The position numbers and the translations under genes are program-made. A model generated the notes under the pieces. It saw only the letters and a program-made list of their open reading frames with translations, was not told the origin of the DNA and searched no databases. A stretch of 64,000 nt of DNA from Bigelowiella natans CCMP2755 (taxonomy: Eukaryota > Protista > Cercozoa). Positions within the stretch are counted from its first letter, which is position 1; each line of letters opens with the position of its first letter. Positions 14,730 through 34,083 of the stretch are shown one piece after another. The stretch lies in the NCBI GenBank assembly GCA_000320545.1, contig ADNK01000283.1:19828-83827 (forward strand), written 5' to 3'.

Positions 14730-15462
14730 AGATGATGGTGAAAATGATGATGAGGAGGGTATCCATGCTGAGAGGATTGCGGTCCTAGCATCTAGTTTGT
14801 TGGTTGTAACATTTGCTTCTCCGTTGATCGATCAATCGGTCGATTGACCCGACAGGTTTTTTTCCAATTCTTCTTATTAACGACTTTGTTCGGTGGATTC
14901 AACGGGCTTGTCGTCCTTCCGGTTGCCAACACCCACAATAACACAACAAAACCTGCTTTTTTTGTGCATTACCCTCCAAACACAGTTTATTGCATCGTCG
15001 CCGCTCATATCACTATCCTGAAATGTACCATCTTCTGCCCATCCTTCCTCCTCTTATTCGCGACCCATGGCCGTTCATTTGGAAATGATCCCTCCCCTCC
15101 TCCTCCTCCTCCTCCTCCTCCTCCTTCTAGGCTCTTTTAGCTACAATCGGTGGAGATAAGATAGAAGCCTCCTCCCCAACTGATGTGCTTGAAGCGGGAC
15201 GGTGCTGACAACCCACACATCGCACCAACATCGCTCGCATGCAATCGATCTACTACACCAACAAATAACGCAGTACAAACGTTCTGGGAGTATCCCTTTT
15301 ACTTCAATCTACACCGTCACCGACACTCGTAGTCGATTCTGTTGTCTCGTTATTGTTTCTCATTATTGTTGTACTTTGTTGTTGTTCGTCACTGCGCGAC
15401 AATAAAGGAAAAGTATTGGCGGGGCAAGTGCGCTCATGCTAGAGAAGAAGGAGAGCACGTAA
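5478..15462 (+). CDS. Patched/NPC1-like sterol-sensing-domain RND-family membrane protein (PTCHD-like), many exons
   Basis: Exon peptides: FDWLGRMCAEKPWIVILTSLIVCLLCSIGF...ESRPEELW (6086-6214); PFLLVGLG|VDDAFILV (SSD GxxxDD, 9365-9627); FLIGSTTQLPALSAFCVYAGLGVIFDFFFQ; ISIGLSVDYSAHIGHTF (14131-14182); PPVFNAIFSTFIAILVLANSKTYIYK|VFFQFFLLTTLFGGFNGLVVLP; last exon ...EKKEST* with stop at 15460-15462. Confidence 0.92.
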
Positions 15463-16635
15463 TTGACTAAGAAAATTGTAACTGTTCCCTCTGGCTCACA
15501 TGATATTGGTCTGAATGCACACTTTCTCTCAGTGTCGACGGACGGAATTCTCTCGCAGGAAAGAGTACCCAGTACGTTCGATACTATTTATCCACAACTT
15601 CTATCGTATAGATTTGTAACCTTCATGAGTTTGTTCTATAATGTTCTTTCTATACGCTATGATGTATTTAGGTTAAACAATGCGTTGTAATTCCGCGTAC
15701 GTGCATTGGGGGGGGATGAGGACTGCACTTCCAGAGGAAACATTCCCACTAGCTAGCTGGAAGTGGATGCACTGTAGCACACATAAATTCGCTTGTGTCA
15801 TCGGGACTTCTCGTGTGGCATTTGTTTAGTTGATTTGGGGAAACGGTGCAAGATGTCATCGATGTCCGTCCATGCAGCTGCAGCTCTGCTCTCTAGCTTG
15901 CCTCAAATTGCATGCTGCGTCAGACTTGTGATGCATGTGGGCACATTGTGTCGCACACAACTCATGTCAGAGCAAGTTTTTTGCGATTCACAAATGATGT
16001 GTGTTCCAATGAGCATTCGTGACAAGTCGTCCAAATGGGCGGTGGGCAAGTTGTGCATGCGATCGTTGCAACCATGACAAGGTGTGAGTGCATCGACACT
16101 TTTCCGCGCCTGGGAAACATCCCAGCGTGCACGCCAGCACGTGCCACGTTGACTTCACATTGGTAGTTACGTACTGGACGCTACTACTGTCATTGTCAGC
16201 TAGCCAGTGTGTCCGTATGCCCAAAGACCCAAGGCAGGGGATGTTGAAAATTGTCTCCTAGTTCCGCAACAGAACCACGAGGATGACGACCGCGTGCTCT
16301 AACGATGCTCGGATTTCCAATGCAATCGCCTGCGATTAGGATCCAAAATGACCTGCGTTTTACCAATTTTACGGTCTATTTTATTGTCGCGACTCTGAAA
16401 AGCAGTGAAGAGAGGAAAGAGGAGGAAGAACCGTTGATAGCGTTTGAATGAGAAGGAGTGGCACGGAGGTCGCCAAAGCCACACCGGACACCCCGCCTGT
16501 GCACCGCACCGTAGCTGGCCGTGTTATCCGAAGCGACCAATCAGTAGTTTGTGCAGTAAACGGTGATTTGGAAAGATATGCCTTGTGCTGCATCGCTACG
16601 ATCTAATACTAGCCTTTCCTCATCTATCTTCCAGC

Positions 16636-18038
16636 ATGCTCTCGCCGACTCTGCTCCGCCTGTTCCGCCTCCTCATACTCGGTGTAGTCGTTGGCATCCA
16701 TGGGAAAAATATCGAAGGCGATGGTTCTGATCGCACGCTGCAAAAGACGAAGTATCTTCTCTACGACGTGAAGGTGCTGTCCCTACTGCGTATTTGATCT
16801 TTCTTCTCGGTCAGCAGAATAATACCATCGTTTGTCAGATCGGGGAAGGCTTCAACCTACAAAAAGAGATCTTCATTCGCGCGGCATGGCTAGCGGACGA
16901 GCTCAATAGAGAGAGCGTAAGTGTGTGTGCTGCGTTGTCTTTGCTGTAAGGAGTGTCTCTTCAACAGGATTAAACGACATACATGCATGCATAGACGACG
17001 AGGACAACAGGCATCCAATGGACTGTGGTCCTTCCTCCATGGTGCTTCTTGGCACACTGGAAGGTAAATCCTATCTCATACAAATCATCGCTCGTGCAAG
17101 TGGAGACGGCGACGTTCCGCATACACTTCATTTTCGCTCCTTCCGTACTTAAATATGTAAAGCTCATTAACACTTACTCTATATTTCTCCCTGTATCTAA
17201 AGATTCCCCCGCACCCCCCCTTTCCTTCCCGAAAATGGGCGCGTGTATACTAATAACAGTATTGCATATGTACGACGAATTGCTAGATTAGGGTAAGCAG
17301 CGATCTATTTAATGCTAACAGGTTTCAAAGGGGACGGTAAGGGACTGGGAAACGTTTTTTGATGTTCAATTTCTGCAAAGGTGGTCATTATCTACATTCA
17401 GCAATAACATTATTGGAAAACTCAGAATGATCATCTGTTGAAGCTGCTAACACACAACACACGCACATATAGCGTCTCTTTCTGGCTGGTGCTTCTGGCT
17501 TCTTTCACTTATTCCTGCAATTATACCCGTAGGGCAACGTTTCCTGTGATTGAGTACAAAGAGTATGCCGCAAGAATGGGTACCAAAGCAAGCGGTGCGA
17601 CACATTTCTTCTCCTAACTTACAAACTTTCCTTTTGTACGTCATCCCCCCCCTCGTCATCCAGTCCTTCGTCGTTTGAATTCGCCCATCATCATCTCTAA
17701 TCTTCTTTTGCACGATAATACTGCTGAGTGGGATCGATCCGTGTATAGCCATTAATAATAATAAGAATAACAATGATAATGATAACTAACATTGTTACGC
17801 ACAACCTCCACCATCACAGCAGCAGCAGCAGCAGAAGGAGGAGGAGGAGTAACTGTTCCAGCCGTGGACTTGATTCTTCATCTCGAGTCGTTTCGACCTA
17901 AGGAGTGGGTTCCGAGCTTCCAAGCCATCTCGTGCTCCGAGGTGCTGCTACCACGTCTAATGCGAAAGAAAGAAAGAAAGAAAAGAAGTTCCTCATTGTC
18001 GCTTCTTAATCTCTTTGTTTCGGCATTGTTGCACCCCC

Positions 18039-18076
<38 letters not shown>

Positions 18077-20881
18077 GTCGCAAATCTTCCAGAAATACTT
18101 TGAATTAGTGAATGAGCAGGATACGATGGCCAAAGGGGTCTACTCAGGTTATTGCAATGAAATCAGGTAATGATGCGGAGTGCCGCTGTTTTAATGTTAA
18201 AATGCTTCTTGGCGAGATTTGGTGGTTCTTCGTCAATGGTCGTCCGTACTCTGTGTTTGCGAGATGAATTGTTGTACACATGGATTCTTGCCCCTCCCCC
18301 TCCTCCTCTTCCTCAGAACGCCCAGGGTAGAGTGCCTTCAGACGTGGGGATTAGGTTTGATCTCCACACCCACTACCTCACATGAGTTATCATGTATTTG
18401 AAGTCATAGAAATTCCAACACGATAAAGCTGCTACTGCTGCTATTTCTCTGCTTGGTATATAATTGTGGTGACTACTGTGACTTATCCTCTCCCCCCCCC
18501 CCCTTCCTTGCCCCATTTCTCGCAGGAAGCACATTCTTGGCGAAGTTGATTGGCAGGGAGATTATTCAAAAGGAAGGTTGTTCCGTATTCACTAGCAGTA
18601 CAGAATTATCTCTCCTTCCTTACTACACCGCTGTTTATTGTTTTGTGAAGGAGGGGCCTCTTCTTCTCCTCCTCCTCCTCCCATTTCATCTGTATTCGTA
18701 AAGAATCTTGATCATACAACTGGGCCCTACGACTGGAGATATCATCAATATCGAAAGCTCCTATTTCCATCGCTCCGCATTCGAGAGGTAGGTGTGTTGG
18801 AGAGGGTGGTAATAATGACCACGGGGTTGTTGTCAATGGTGGCGGTGGTGGTGGCAAGGAAAGCGGGGAGATGGCTATATTCAGACAAAAAGGGAGAGGG
18901 GGGGAGGGAGGGAAGGAGGGAGAGAGGTAGAGAAATTCGTTCTTGTGGATCTTCTCTGATTTCCACAGTATCGTACGTGGTTCCTCGTCAGCAATCGCGT
19001 TTGTTGTACTACTACGTGTACTTGTTGCATTCCTAAGGTGGGAGAGGCATTTGTGTCTCGGAAGCTCCAAAGGCCGTATCTTGCGGCGCATGTGAGACGG
19101 TAGTCAGAAAGCATGCGAACGCGCAAATCTATTTTCGACCACACTCGAAAACACCAAACACACACACATACACACACACACACACGCAAGCGCACGGGGG
19201 CAGGCTCACAGATACATTGTACTTTCGGAATAGTATGCATTCATTATGGTCGCCTCGTTTTGATAATGTTAGTACCGATTTCGCAACGTACGCTCACGTG
19301 GACACGACTCCTAACATTTCGGTCGTCGCGACGGCGCTAGAGGCAGGGCGACGGGAGAACAACTTGAGGTGAGAGGCCAGAGATCATTATCATGAATAGT
19401 AGGGATGGGACCGAACGAATGCACCAAACACGCGTAATAATCTATTTCCTTCGTCTATTTAGATCAATCTTTGTTGCTACGGACGCAACGAAGGAAGAAA
19501 AGGCGCTTTTGCGGTAGTTGTACTTCTGAAATATTCGTATCATAGCACATATATGTATATAAGAGCGGATATGAATTAAAAGAGGCCTTGGCAAAACGGG
19601 TAGGTCTCATCTCGATTCTGTGGTGTTTTTTGACGATGACGATGGGAGAGGGGCGGGATTGAACCATCCAGGTACTTCTAATACTACTACTACGACTACG
19701 ACTACTACTGCACTTAACATCAACTTCTGGATATGAATGCTTGTGCTACTTACTTACTTACTCATCGGGTAGTAGTACTCGATCATCTTTGGAGAATAGA
19801 AGCTACTGCTACTACTGCTGCTACTACCTATTAATGGGTATTAATGATGACGATGACGATGATGATGATGATAATGATGATGGAAGGTGAATTCGCCATG
19901 GTGGAGCAGTATCTGAACATAATTTCGGACTTCTTCGTCGGAACAAAGTTTTCTCGGTTGGTGCTATTGTTTACGATTCCCTCCCTAACTCCTCCTTTCA
20001 CTCTCATCCCCTCTCTTCATCCATTTCTCTGCCCGCTCTCATACACGCCACACACATGTGCGCCTACATACCTATATAAATGCGAGCTCAAAGGGCGACT
20101 TTTGTGAAACATTGTTTGAACAGCTTTACACTCAATATCCAAGAGGACCGTGATCTCATGGGTCGGTCACGTACATAATGACGTAAAGGACAGGGATGGG
20201 AAGAGAAGGAATACAAGATAGCATCGATGATTGCCTAATAGGGGATTCTTATTAAGGACATGTATGATTTCCATCGATGATTGCCTAATAGGGGATTCTT
20301 ATCAAGGACATGTATGATTTGCATTAAAAGTGGAAAACCACTCACGCACACACCGCACGTTGATTTACACACTTGTGGTGTTGTCATCCAGGTGTTCGCA
20401 AAGATCTTACGTGGAATATATTTTGCAAGGTTGGTGTTTCAAAGTCTTAGTTTCCTTGCCCGTCAACGAAAATTGACGTGTCATGATCTTGGCTCTCATG
20501 CTTGGCGTTTAAGGCAATTAATTTACCTTTGCATCTTAGGAGGATGGCAACAAATTTTGTAAAAGCAGTAACTGGTAAGACATTATTGTGTCTGAGTAAA
20601 AAGTATTTCTAGTGCTCAGGAATACAAAATAAACTTATGTATATGCGTACGGGATTTAAATATTGCACCTATGAATGTGTGTGTGTGCCACAACGCACAA
20701 CATTGATAATGAGTATGAAGATAATCATTTATCTCGTATGTATTTAAGGTTCGGAAAAGATTTTCCTCCATGTCCAATTCGACAGGAGTTGTATAGCAGA
20801 GATAGTGCGATTGGGTACATGATAAAGGGGTGCGACAATCACGGTATGGACAATGGAATTAGCGGACACGATGAATTGTAG
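16636..20881 (+). CDS. POFUT2: GDP-fucose protein O-fucosyltransferase 2 (GT68), ER-luminal
   Basis: Signal peptide, then KYLLYDVK|IGEGFNLQKEIFIR, WTVVLPPWCFLAHWK, WETFFDV, PVIEY, PYLAAHVRR|TDF, IFVATDA and EFAMVEQYL..SDFFVGTKFSR|FT, which are the POFUT2 motifs in order. Ends in the ER retention signal HDEL*. Confidence 0.9.
20222..20320. repeat. Intronic 50-bp direct duplication (POFUT2 intron)
   Basis: catcgatgattgcctaataggggattcttat(t/c)aaggacatgtatgattt occurs twice in tandem. Confidence 0.9.
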
Positions 20882-22449
20882 CATATTGTAAAATCCCCGC
20901 ATCACTTCATACAGCATCTTCTTCCCAGCGTAGCTGATGCGCGTGATCGTCTTATGGATACATGTGTGAATTGTGCAGAATTCGACTCACATTGTTATGT
21001 GATGCAGTAGATATGTGTGTGTAATATATGCATGTACACACACATGTGTGCAAACAAAAATGAGATGGATGTGTTGAAGTGGTTATAAAACTTTTCAATT
21101 ATCATCGCTAATGTAGCTGCATGTGCAATGCTGCGGCTACAACGCCTCATTGTGTTGCACCTGTTGGTTTCCGTTGTCGTGTGTTTCATGCATGCAAAAG
21201 CATTCATGTCATGCTAGCATGTCGCATGTCTAGATGTGGATGCATGTGTGTGAGCATTAGTGTGCATCATGTGTACTGTGCCCATGGTCTAATCTAGCAA
21301 TGTGTCTGATCCATCCCAGCATCGTGTCCTCGTCATGTTGAGCTTTTCGCAGAGCACTAGCTCTCATTCGTCGCCATCCGCCATGCTAGCATGTGATTTG
21401 GATCACAGCACTCTGGCACTGCATGCTAGCATGCTAGCATGCCATGTCGTGCAAGTGAACATGTTCCGCAACATTGCATCTGACTGATGTCTGTCCTCAC
21501 ATGCGTGCTTTCGCACGATGCCGTTGCATTTCAATGTGCAGCATGTGATCATCATCATCGCAAGCAGTCTGGCAGCAGTGGCTGTGAGATCCAGAGATGT
21601 TCAGCCCTTCTGACATCTAGACATTGCCAGGTGACCAAGCTAGCAAGTCGCCATTGCTGATCTACACTTGAGATTTTGCATCGCATCATGTTGCGTCGTG
21701 CGTGCGTCTAGACGCATTTGCTGCTCACCGTGTGCACGCAGACATGCTGTCATGGAATGAAAGCAGTGCGATGTCTCTGGACCTGCACCTGCTGGACGCA
21801 GTCCAACATGATCAACGTAGTTGCATCCTGCAGCCTGACTGATGTCACCATTGCTCAGCTTGTGGCTTCAAAGCTTTGTGTGTCTGTGCAACTAGCGTCT
21901 GTGCTGAATGAACGAACGAACAAGTGAAGCAACAAACTCCACCAACGCAACGTGAAACGTGCAGTCATCGTTTTTGCCTGGGAACCCTGAGATGAACAAC
22001 AATTAGGCATCGAAGTTGACAAAGCTCACAATGCTGTCAAGACAACATTCCATCCAAGATGCAAGCTTCTCTTCCTCATCATTCTCACAACCGCAAACGG
22101 CATTGGGTGGATGTGTGCCAACCCTGCAAAACACCATGCACATCTTTCCGTTCTTTCTCAGAGCCGAAGAAGAGAGATGGCGTTTGATTGGTGCGACAAC
22201 TAGGAAAAAATAAATCAACTCGCAAACAAACTTGATGATTTGAAGTGTTCAGCAACAATTCGACAACAACTCTGGCGACGTGGAGCCAATCAGAACGTCT
22301 TTGGCATGCTTGGATGTCATCGTTGTCGCAGGGGTAAAAATCCCCTGTGTTTTGAGGATGATGGAGAACTCGTGGAACGAACAAGAAGACAGACGAGAGG
22401 CTGGCTTCTTGGGTTCCCTCTCTCAGCCCCACTGTCACGATCGATCTCG

Positions 22450-28080
<5,631 letters not shown>

Positions 28081-28149
28081 TTATCTTTACAATTTCTTCG
28101 GAAAGAGAGGCAGAATCCATGTTTGTAATCAATCCTGTGATGATGTGTC

Positions 28150-29050
28150 TCAGGAGAGCGATGACGCCGTCGAAGAAGATAAACTGGAGAAATCTCATGC
28201 AATGAATGATGAGAAATCAAGCTAATCCTCCGGCAAGTGAGTGCAATGCATGCCCCATGCCTATTCGTTGTCAACTCGCTGTGCGCATTGCATTGACGTC
28301 TATTTTTATATTTGATGAGCAGTTTGAGATGATGTGCCATTCTAGCATTACTAAATTTTGCAATTCTAGCAAGCTAGCTAGAGTTGTCTGTGATGTGTCG
28401 AGGTGTATGTGTATAGGAACATACCTAGCTAGCTAGTCAAGCTCATGCAGCTCAGCCTCGTCCAGAACGGGTCAGCAATTTGACCTGTGCGATGCAGTTA
28501 TGAGTTGATGATGAATCTACTCTACTAGTATAGTTCTAGCTCTTAGTATATTAGAGATCGAATAAGTGTAAGGCGGTCTAGTCTAGCGGGTAATGCGTAT
28601 TGCGTTTTAGCAATGCCACGCAGATGCATTATGTATGTAGCATGTAGGCTTAGCTAGTAGTTAGCCTGCTAGGTAGCTAGCTAGGCTAATTAGCTATGCC
28701 TATCTAGCACAAGTGTTGGCACAAGCTGTGGCAAGTTTGTCCAATAATTAACAAAGTGTAGAAAGTCTGAAAATTATGCGTACACGGATACATCTAGACA
28801 TGCTGGCATGCTACTAGCATGTTCGATGTTTTACTAGCTAGCTAGTCCTGTACTTTGCCTTGCTAGCTTGCCTAGCATTAGCGTCTACACTAAAGCTGGT
28901 CATTATTTCACAGTAGCATACTGCCGCAGCACCGCCGTGTATCGTAGCTACGCTGCCAGCTGTGCGTGTGTAGGCCTTATAGTAAGCAGCAGCACTACCA
29001 TCTCTCAGGGTGCGGCCGGAGTGTCTAGATGTAGCGTGGCTGGAGCGCAT
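28150..29050. other. CTAG/CATG/TGCA-rich 3'-flank tract between convergent genes (best example of a recurring class)
   Basis: About 16 CTAG counted by eye in 28500-28875 versus 1-2 expected at random. Includes ctagctagctag runs and catctagacat. Confidence 0.8.
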
Positions 29051-29465
29051 TACAGCATCTTCGTACAGTGGACGTAAACATAATAAGATTTCTATGGAGC
29101 ATGCTGAACTCTTGTCGTTATTCGTTCTGTATCTTCATCAGCGTTAATTTCTTTCCTAATAAACATTCCGACTTTTTGTTCTTTCTGCACATTTTTTTTC
29201 ACTATTTTCAATGGTATTACACTGACAATGATAATTGTTGCTATCATATTCCTTTAATTTATTTCCCCCCTGGTTTTTGGTAGTAGGTTATTAGTTGTTT
29301 TCCAATTTAGTTTCTTAAACCCAGAGTTAATCTCATCTTCTGTGGCATGACCTCCTCCTCGTTCTCCTAACACCTTATTATTTGATTGGTTGGCTTGGGG
29401 TTGAGCAACCTTCGATGCAAGAACCTAATCTTGTACGAAGGAGATTCCTTGACCTGTTCTCAGCT

Positions 29466-31079
29466 TTACGTTGCTTTGAGATCATCAATTTTGGAAAGTT
29501 CCGACAATCTGCGCAATTTTTCCTGGATAGATTCGATGGTAGATCTCGCAGGGAAGTGGGGAGTTGTGGTAGTCTTCGTTATGGATGATTTAAAAGGGGT
29601 GAGCGAGATATGAGCGATACGATGATTCATCGCACCCCCGCCCTCAGACCGTGCACATGTTTTTGGTAACGGTGCAGGTGATCCCAAGGTGAGGGATGGA
29701 ATCATCATGATTTTGTGTTGTAAACTACTATTATTTGGAGCACTCTGCGGGGTCTTCAGAGCTAGAGCAGCAGTACGGGCAAGAAAGCTCTCGGATAGCA
29801 CCGACTCGCTCCTCTTCCGTTTGATAGAAGGACTTCTGGAAGAGAGCAGTCGTGGGGTTGTCTTGTAGTCAGGAGAACTCCGAGGAGTCGACTTTGGGGT
29901 GAACTTAGTACTGCAGCTGCTCCATCTTCTTTGCTTGCGAGATCCTAGGTTTGGAGAGTTTCCCAGCGAGAGCGGGCTCATGGTGGGGGTACTCCCCCCT
30001 AGTCTATTCTTTTTGCGGCGACATGCTGCGCAGGTGCAAATGCCTCTGCACGCCGGGCACAACCAATTATCCCTTTGCTTCTTCCCTTTGGTTCGTGGAG
30101 GTTGTTCACCCAGAAATTTGAACAAGCAACGGTCGCAATACTTCTTTCGACAGATTGGCTGAAAAAATGGGGGGGGATGTTAGCTTTGGCCCAGGGTAGA
30201 GGTATAGGATGGAGTTGACAAATACCCGTTTCTTTCCTTGTTGCATCGCGAGCATATTTCGGCACCTAATCGATGTCCGGACGGTTTAGATAGGTGTTAG
30301 TAACAACCAAAGAGTATCAATAAGTATCGATAACTCTAGTTCTGAATCTGAATTTTTGCCGTGCGTGACGCAGATCAAGAATGTATCAATTTTTGATGTT
30401 GATGCTAGATAGCAATTTGATTTTTGGGTGCATTTTGTGAGTTGTGAGGTAGCTGACACGGACCAGTTTAGTTCTTCCTGTGACCGTCGGCTTTTGCACT
30501 GGTGGCAGCTCGATCCAAGGTTTGGGGAATTCGTAATTGACTAATTAATACGTATCTTCCGTTAGTTACTCAAATCAAGATTGCATTTGATTGGTATATT
30601 CTTGTACCAGACTGTCAAGTGATTTCTCCGAATGTGTGTCCGTTTTGAGAGACGCTAAACTCACATTGTTCTCCATGGCACGCAAGCGCTTCAATGGAGG
30701 CGAAAATTCCTGGATTTACGTTACGAGTTTATATCCGAGATTGATTCAAAATTTCTCGAGAAGAGATGGGAAAATATCAATTCGTTACCAGGTTTGCAAG
30801 TGTAGAAGCAGCGTCTGTGGCGCTATCGTCGTCCCCACTTGTCCCTGAAACGTCCACTGAGGAGCATGTTAGTTTCTTGGTCACATCGAGTGAACTAGCT
30901 GCATGTAGCAAGATATCCTTCCTCGGCTTCTGTTTCCTCATCCGCCTTTCCTCATCATGTTTCTCATGTTTAAGGGAGTCGTCATTATTTTCAAAACCGT
31001 CCCCCAGCGTTATGGACAGGAGCAGGGCAGCATCCTCCGCTGAGGAGGTATGTTGAATACGTTGATTCACCACCACCAT
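29466..31079 (-). CDS. zf-4CXXC_R1 zinc-finger protein (CDCA7/JmjC-associated type domain)
   Basis: Spliced GSSCHQCKSRR (~30486-30518), CRKKYCDRCLFKFLGE and WLCPACRGICTCAACRRKK, followed by an S/P/K-rich tail. The 3' end may extend through further exons to ~29093. Confidence 0.85.
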
Positions 31080-32091
31080 TTTTGGTCGATTATAGTTGGA
31101 AGTTGGAAGGAGCCACAAATCGAGATCAAAAGGCGACTATTTTACTCCAGTTGGTGCTTTTATGTTGTCGTTTATTATCTATCTCATGGGTTTTACATTC
31201 TCAAAAGCTTAAAAACGTGAGCATGCCACTAAAGGGGCCTATTTCTTTGGTCTTAAGCTTTAACCTTGGAGACGTCCAAGTTGACTTCTTTTTTGCAAAG
31301 GAATACTCCATACGGCTTGCCGTACAACATAAATGCCCACAGATCTATCCTCGTTCAGTTCCTCCGAAAAGCGAAAAGCCACCCGCGCTAGAATTTTCGC
31401 GGGAATTTCTTACGCATAGCGGATAGAAAAACCGATGCCTTCTTCCTTTTGCATCTAGGGTTTGAAAGACGTTTTTGTGTTTTCTCTTTGTAGTAAATAT
31501 CAAATTTCTCTTGCCTTACCTGCTTTTTCTCGCGATATCACCTGGGTTTTAAAGCTTTGTCTGAAACTGCACAAGAAAGAGGGGTACATCCATCAGCAAA
31601 AGTTGCACAGTTTTCGATGGGAAAACTGTCACCCGAGAAGGAATTCACCGCTAAATCCACTTTAATTAAGTCAAGCAATTTATACCGGGATTCACAGGAA
31701 TGCCGGGATAATATTCTAAGACGAAAAAGGCCCTTCATTTAGGAGTTCTTACGTGAAAAGTGGCATTAAGTATGAGGTGGTGTCGTCCCTACGTCTTGAC
31801 TCTCGTGCCGCACCATTTCTCTTGTTTGTACGGCTGTAACCTTGTACGCACACACACTCTACCGGAACATTCCTCAATTGCCTTTTCTGGGACCCTCTCT
31901 CTCTCTCAAGGTTTGCACAGCACAGCGTCCTGTGCGTAAGCTAGTGCGCTTACAGGGGATAGAAATTAGATGGAGTTTGTGACTGAGAGAACTTTTGAAC
32001 ATCCCGTCACACGTCAAGTCAGCGCGTGTGCCCCTTGTACTAATCTTTGATGTATCTATATCATGCAATGTGTGTGGTGGCAGATCTCTCT

Positions 32092-33100
32092 ATGTTTCGT
32101 AAAGCTGTCTCCCGTGTGATCCGCCAGCCCCTTGGAGCAAGGTCGTTCGGAATCGAGATCAAGCAAGTAGGAGATTCTTTGACATTATTCAAAATTCAAA
32201 AGCAGACACTCACACTCACACTCTTTTGCAGGTGGCACGCATGGCTACCTGCAAAGTTTCAAGCGAGGGTAATTCAATTTATAAATCATCCTAGTTTGAT
32301 CGTATTGCTTTTTCACCTATCATCTTACCCTCCAATGACGGCCCACATGCAACGAACAGTTGATGCCGAGACGATCGATAGCATCATAATTGGGAAGGTA
32401 GTGTGCGACCGTAAATATGCTGGAGCCAACTTCCAATATGAAATTAAATGTTTCTCACATTTAAAAGGGGCTTCCCAAATTGAAGCAGTTGAAGGGCTTC
32501 GCTGGAATCGAAAGATACTTCTGTAAGGAGCACCTGGACTACAAGGTGATATGGCCTTATGGCTCAACTATGAAACTGATATTGTTCTGGTGTTTAAAAA
32601 ACATTTCGCAAATCTCAACTTTGACTGTTGGATGGGTGAATTTCTCTGAGCAGATCATCGTTTCATTCCAAGGGCTACAAAACTTCAAGACCTACATGGA
32701 GGTTCACGAGAAGGATATGGAGGAGAAGTTTATTGAGGTAGTAGTGAGGGGCTACTGTATTGAGAAACACTTCAAGATTTGGTAGTAATGCAGAGAACTT
32801 TCACAGGCATCTAAGCTTTCCACCACGAGTACCATGGAGTTCCAGAACTTCGTGTCCAACAAATATGGAAGTTTCGGGTATGAAGATCGATCGTGGTCAT
32901 CATGACCGCATAATGATGGTGGCGAGATTTCACCGATGCGACATCTGTGAAACACACACACACGCGCGCGCGCGCGCACACACACACACACACACACATA
33001 CACACCCCAACTACCACACACCATCACTTATGCCCGTTCGTGCATATACAGGGGTGGATCTGCTTTCGACTGCTTAAGTGATGACTTTACCGCCTATTAG
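32092..33100 (+). CDS. Small hypothetical protein with mitochondrial-type presequence
   Basis: MFRKAVSRVIRQPLGARSFG (Arg-rich, no acidic residues, R-2-like site). In-frame exons VARMATCKVSSE|TVDAETIDSIIIGK|GASQIEAVEGLRWNRKILLCKEHLDYK|IIVSFQGLQNFKTYMEVHEK...EFQNFVSNKYGSFG|GGSAFDCLSDDFTAY*. Confidence 0.7.
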
Positions 33101-33764
33101 ACGGATGAGGAACTCTGTAGACAGGGCTGGGGGGGTGAAATAAATGTGCATTGGCTCGGGATCTGAGCGAGTCGATAACTTTTGGGTTACATAAATCATA
33201 CATTTATAGCTTTAAGATATTTAGTGGAATTGCGTTGCTTTGCGATTTTCTGTTGTATAGTGTATATTTTTCGTGCAAAGCAGATGCTACATTGCCTGGC
33301 AATAATGCTCCTGTACGAGCAACGTTGACGGTTGATAATACATTAAGTGCTTGTCCCAACAATTATCGTGCATACACTGTGCAGTAGATACATTGTCTCT
33401 ATAAAGCTAATGACATGGTCCTAGAGGACAAATGTACTTGTAGCTAGCGAAGGCGTGCACATCGTATCATGATTATTTTGCGCACACAAAAAGCATTGCG
33501 CCGTGTATGGCACTGCTACCATCTAGACATAACTAGATAATGCGATGGTACCTTCGCTAGTTCGCTTGAAAAGCATGTATACATGATTTCTAGATTTTTT
33601 ACAACAGAACAAAATTTTTATCAATGAGCTTCGATCGCGGCTGGCATATAATAATCTCTAGCTTTAGAGTTCAGCCAGTGTTTATTAATGCGTACGCTTC
33701 CTATTTAAACTAGGTCGTTCACCCGGCCGATAAGTTTTCGCCATCACTGTCATGCTTATTGCAG

Positions 33765-33954
33765 CTATGTTTTAGAATTTATGAACCAATCTTGAATGGC
33801 ACGATCTATTTGTTCGACTGCATCCTCAAGCACATCATTGACGACAACCTGTAAGAGCAGTTCACATGAGAAATGATTAGATATAATCCATGCACCATCT
33901 AATCGAAACAAACTTCAAATTATATGTTGCACACACCGCACACACATACCATAG

Positions 33955-34005
<51 letters not shown>

Positions 34006-34040
34006 CTTACTATGTGCGTGCACATAGATACCTGGACACG

Positions 34041-34083
<43 letters not shown>

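Noticed and set aside
29466-31079. Functional link between the zf-4CXXC gene and the adjacent CTAG-rich tract
   Set aside because: Similar tracts follow all genes in the window, so the adjacency is uninformative.
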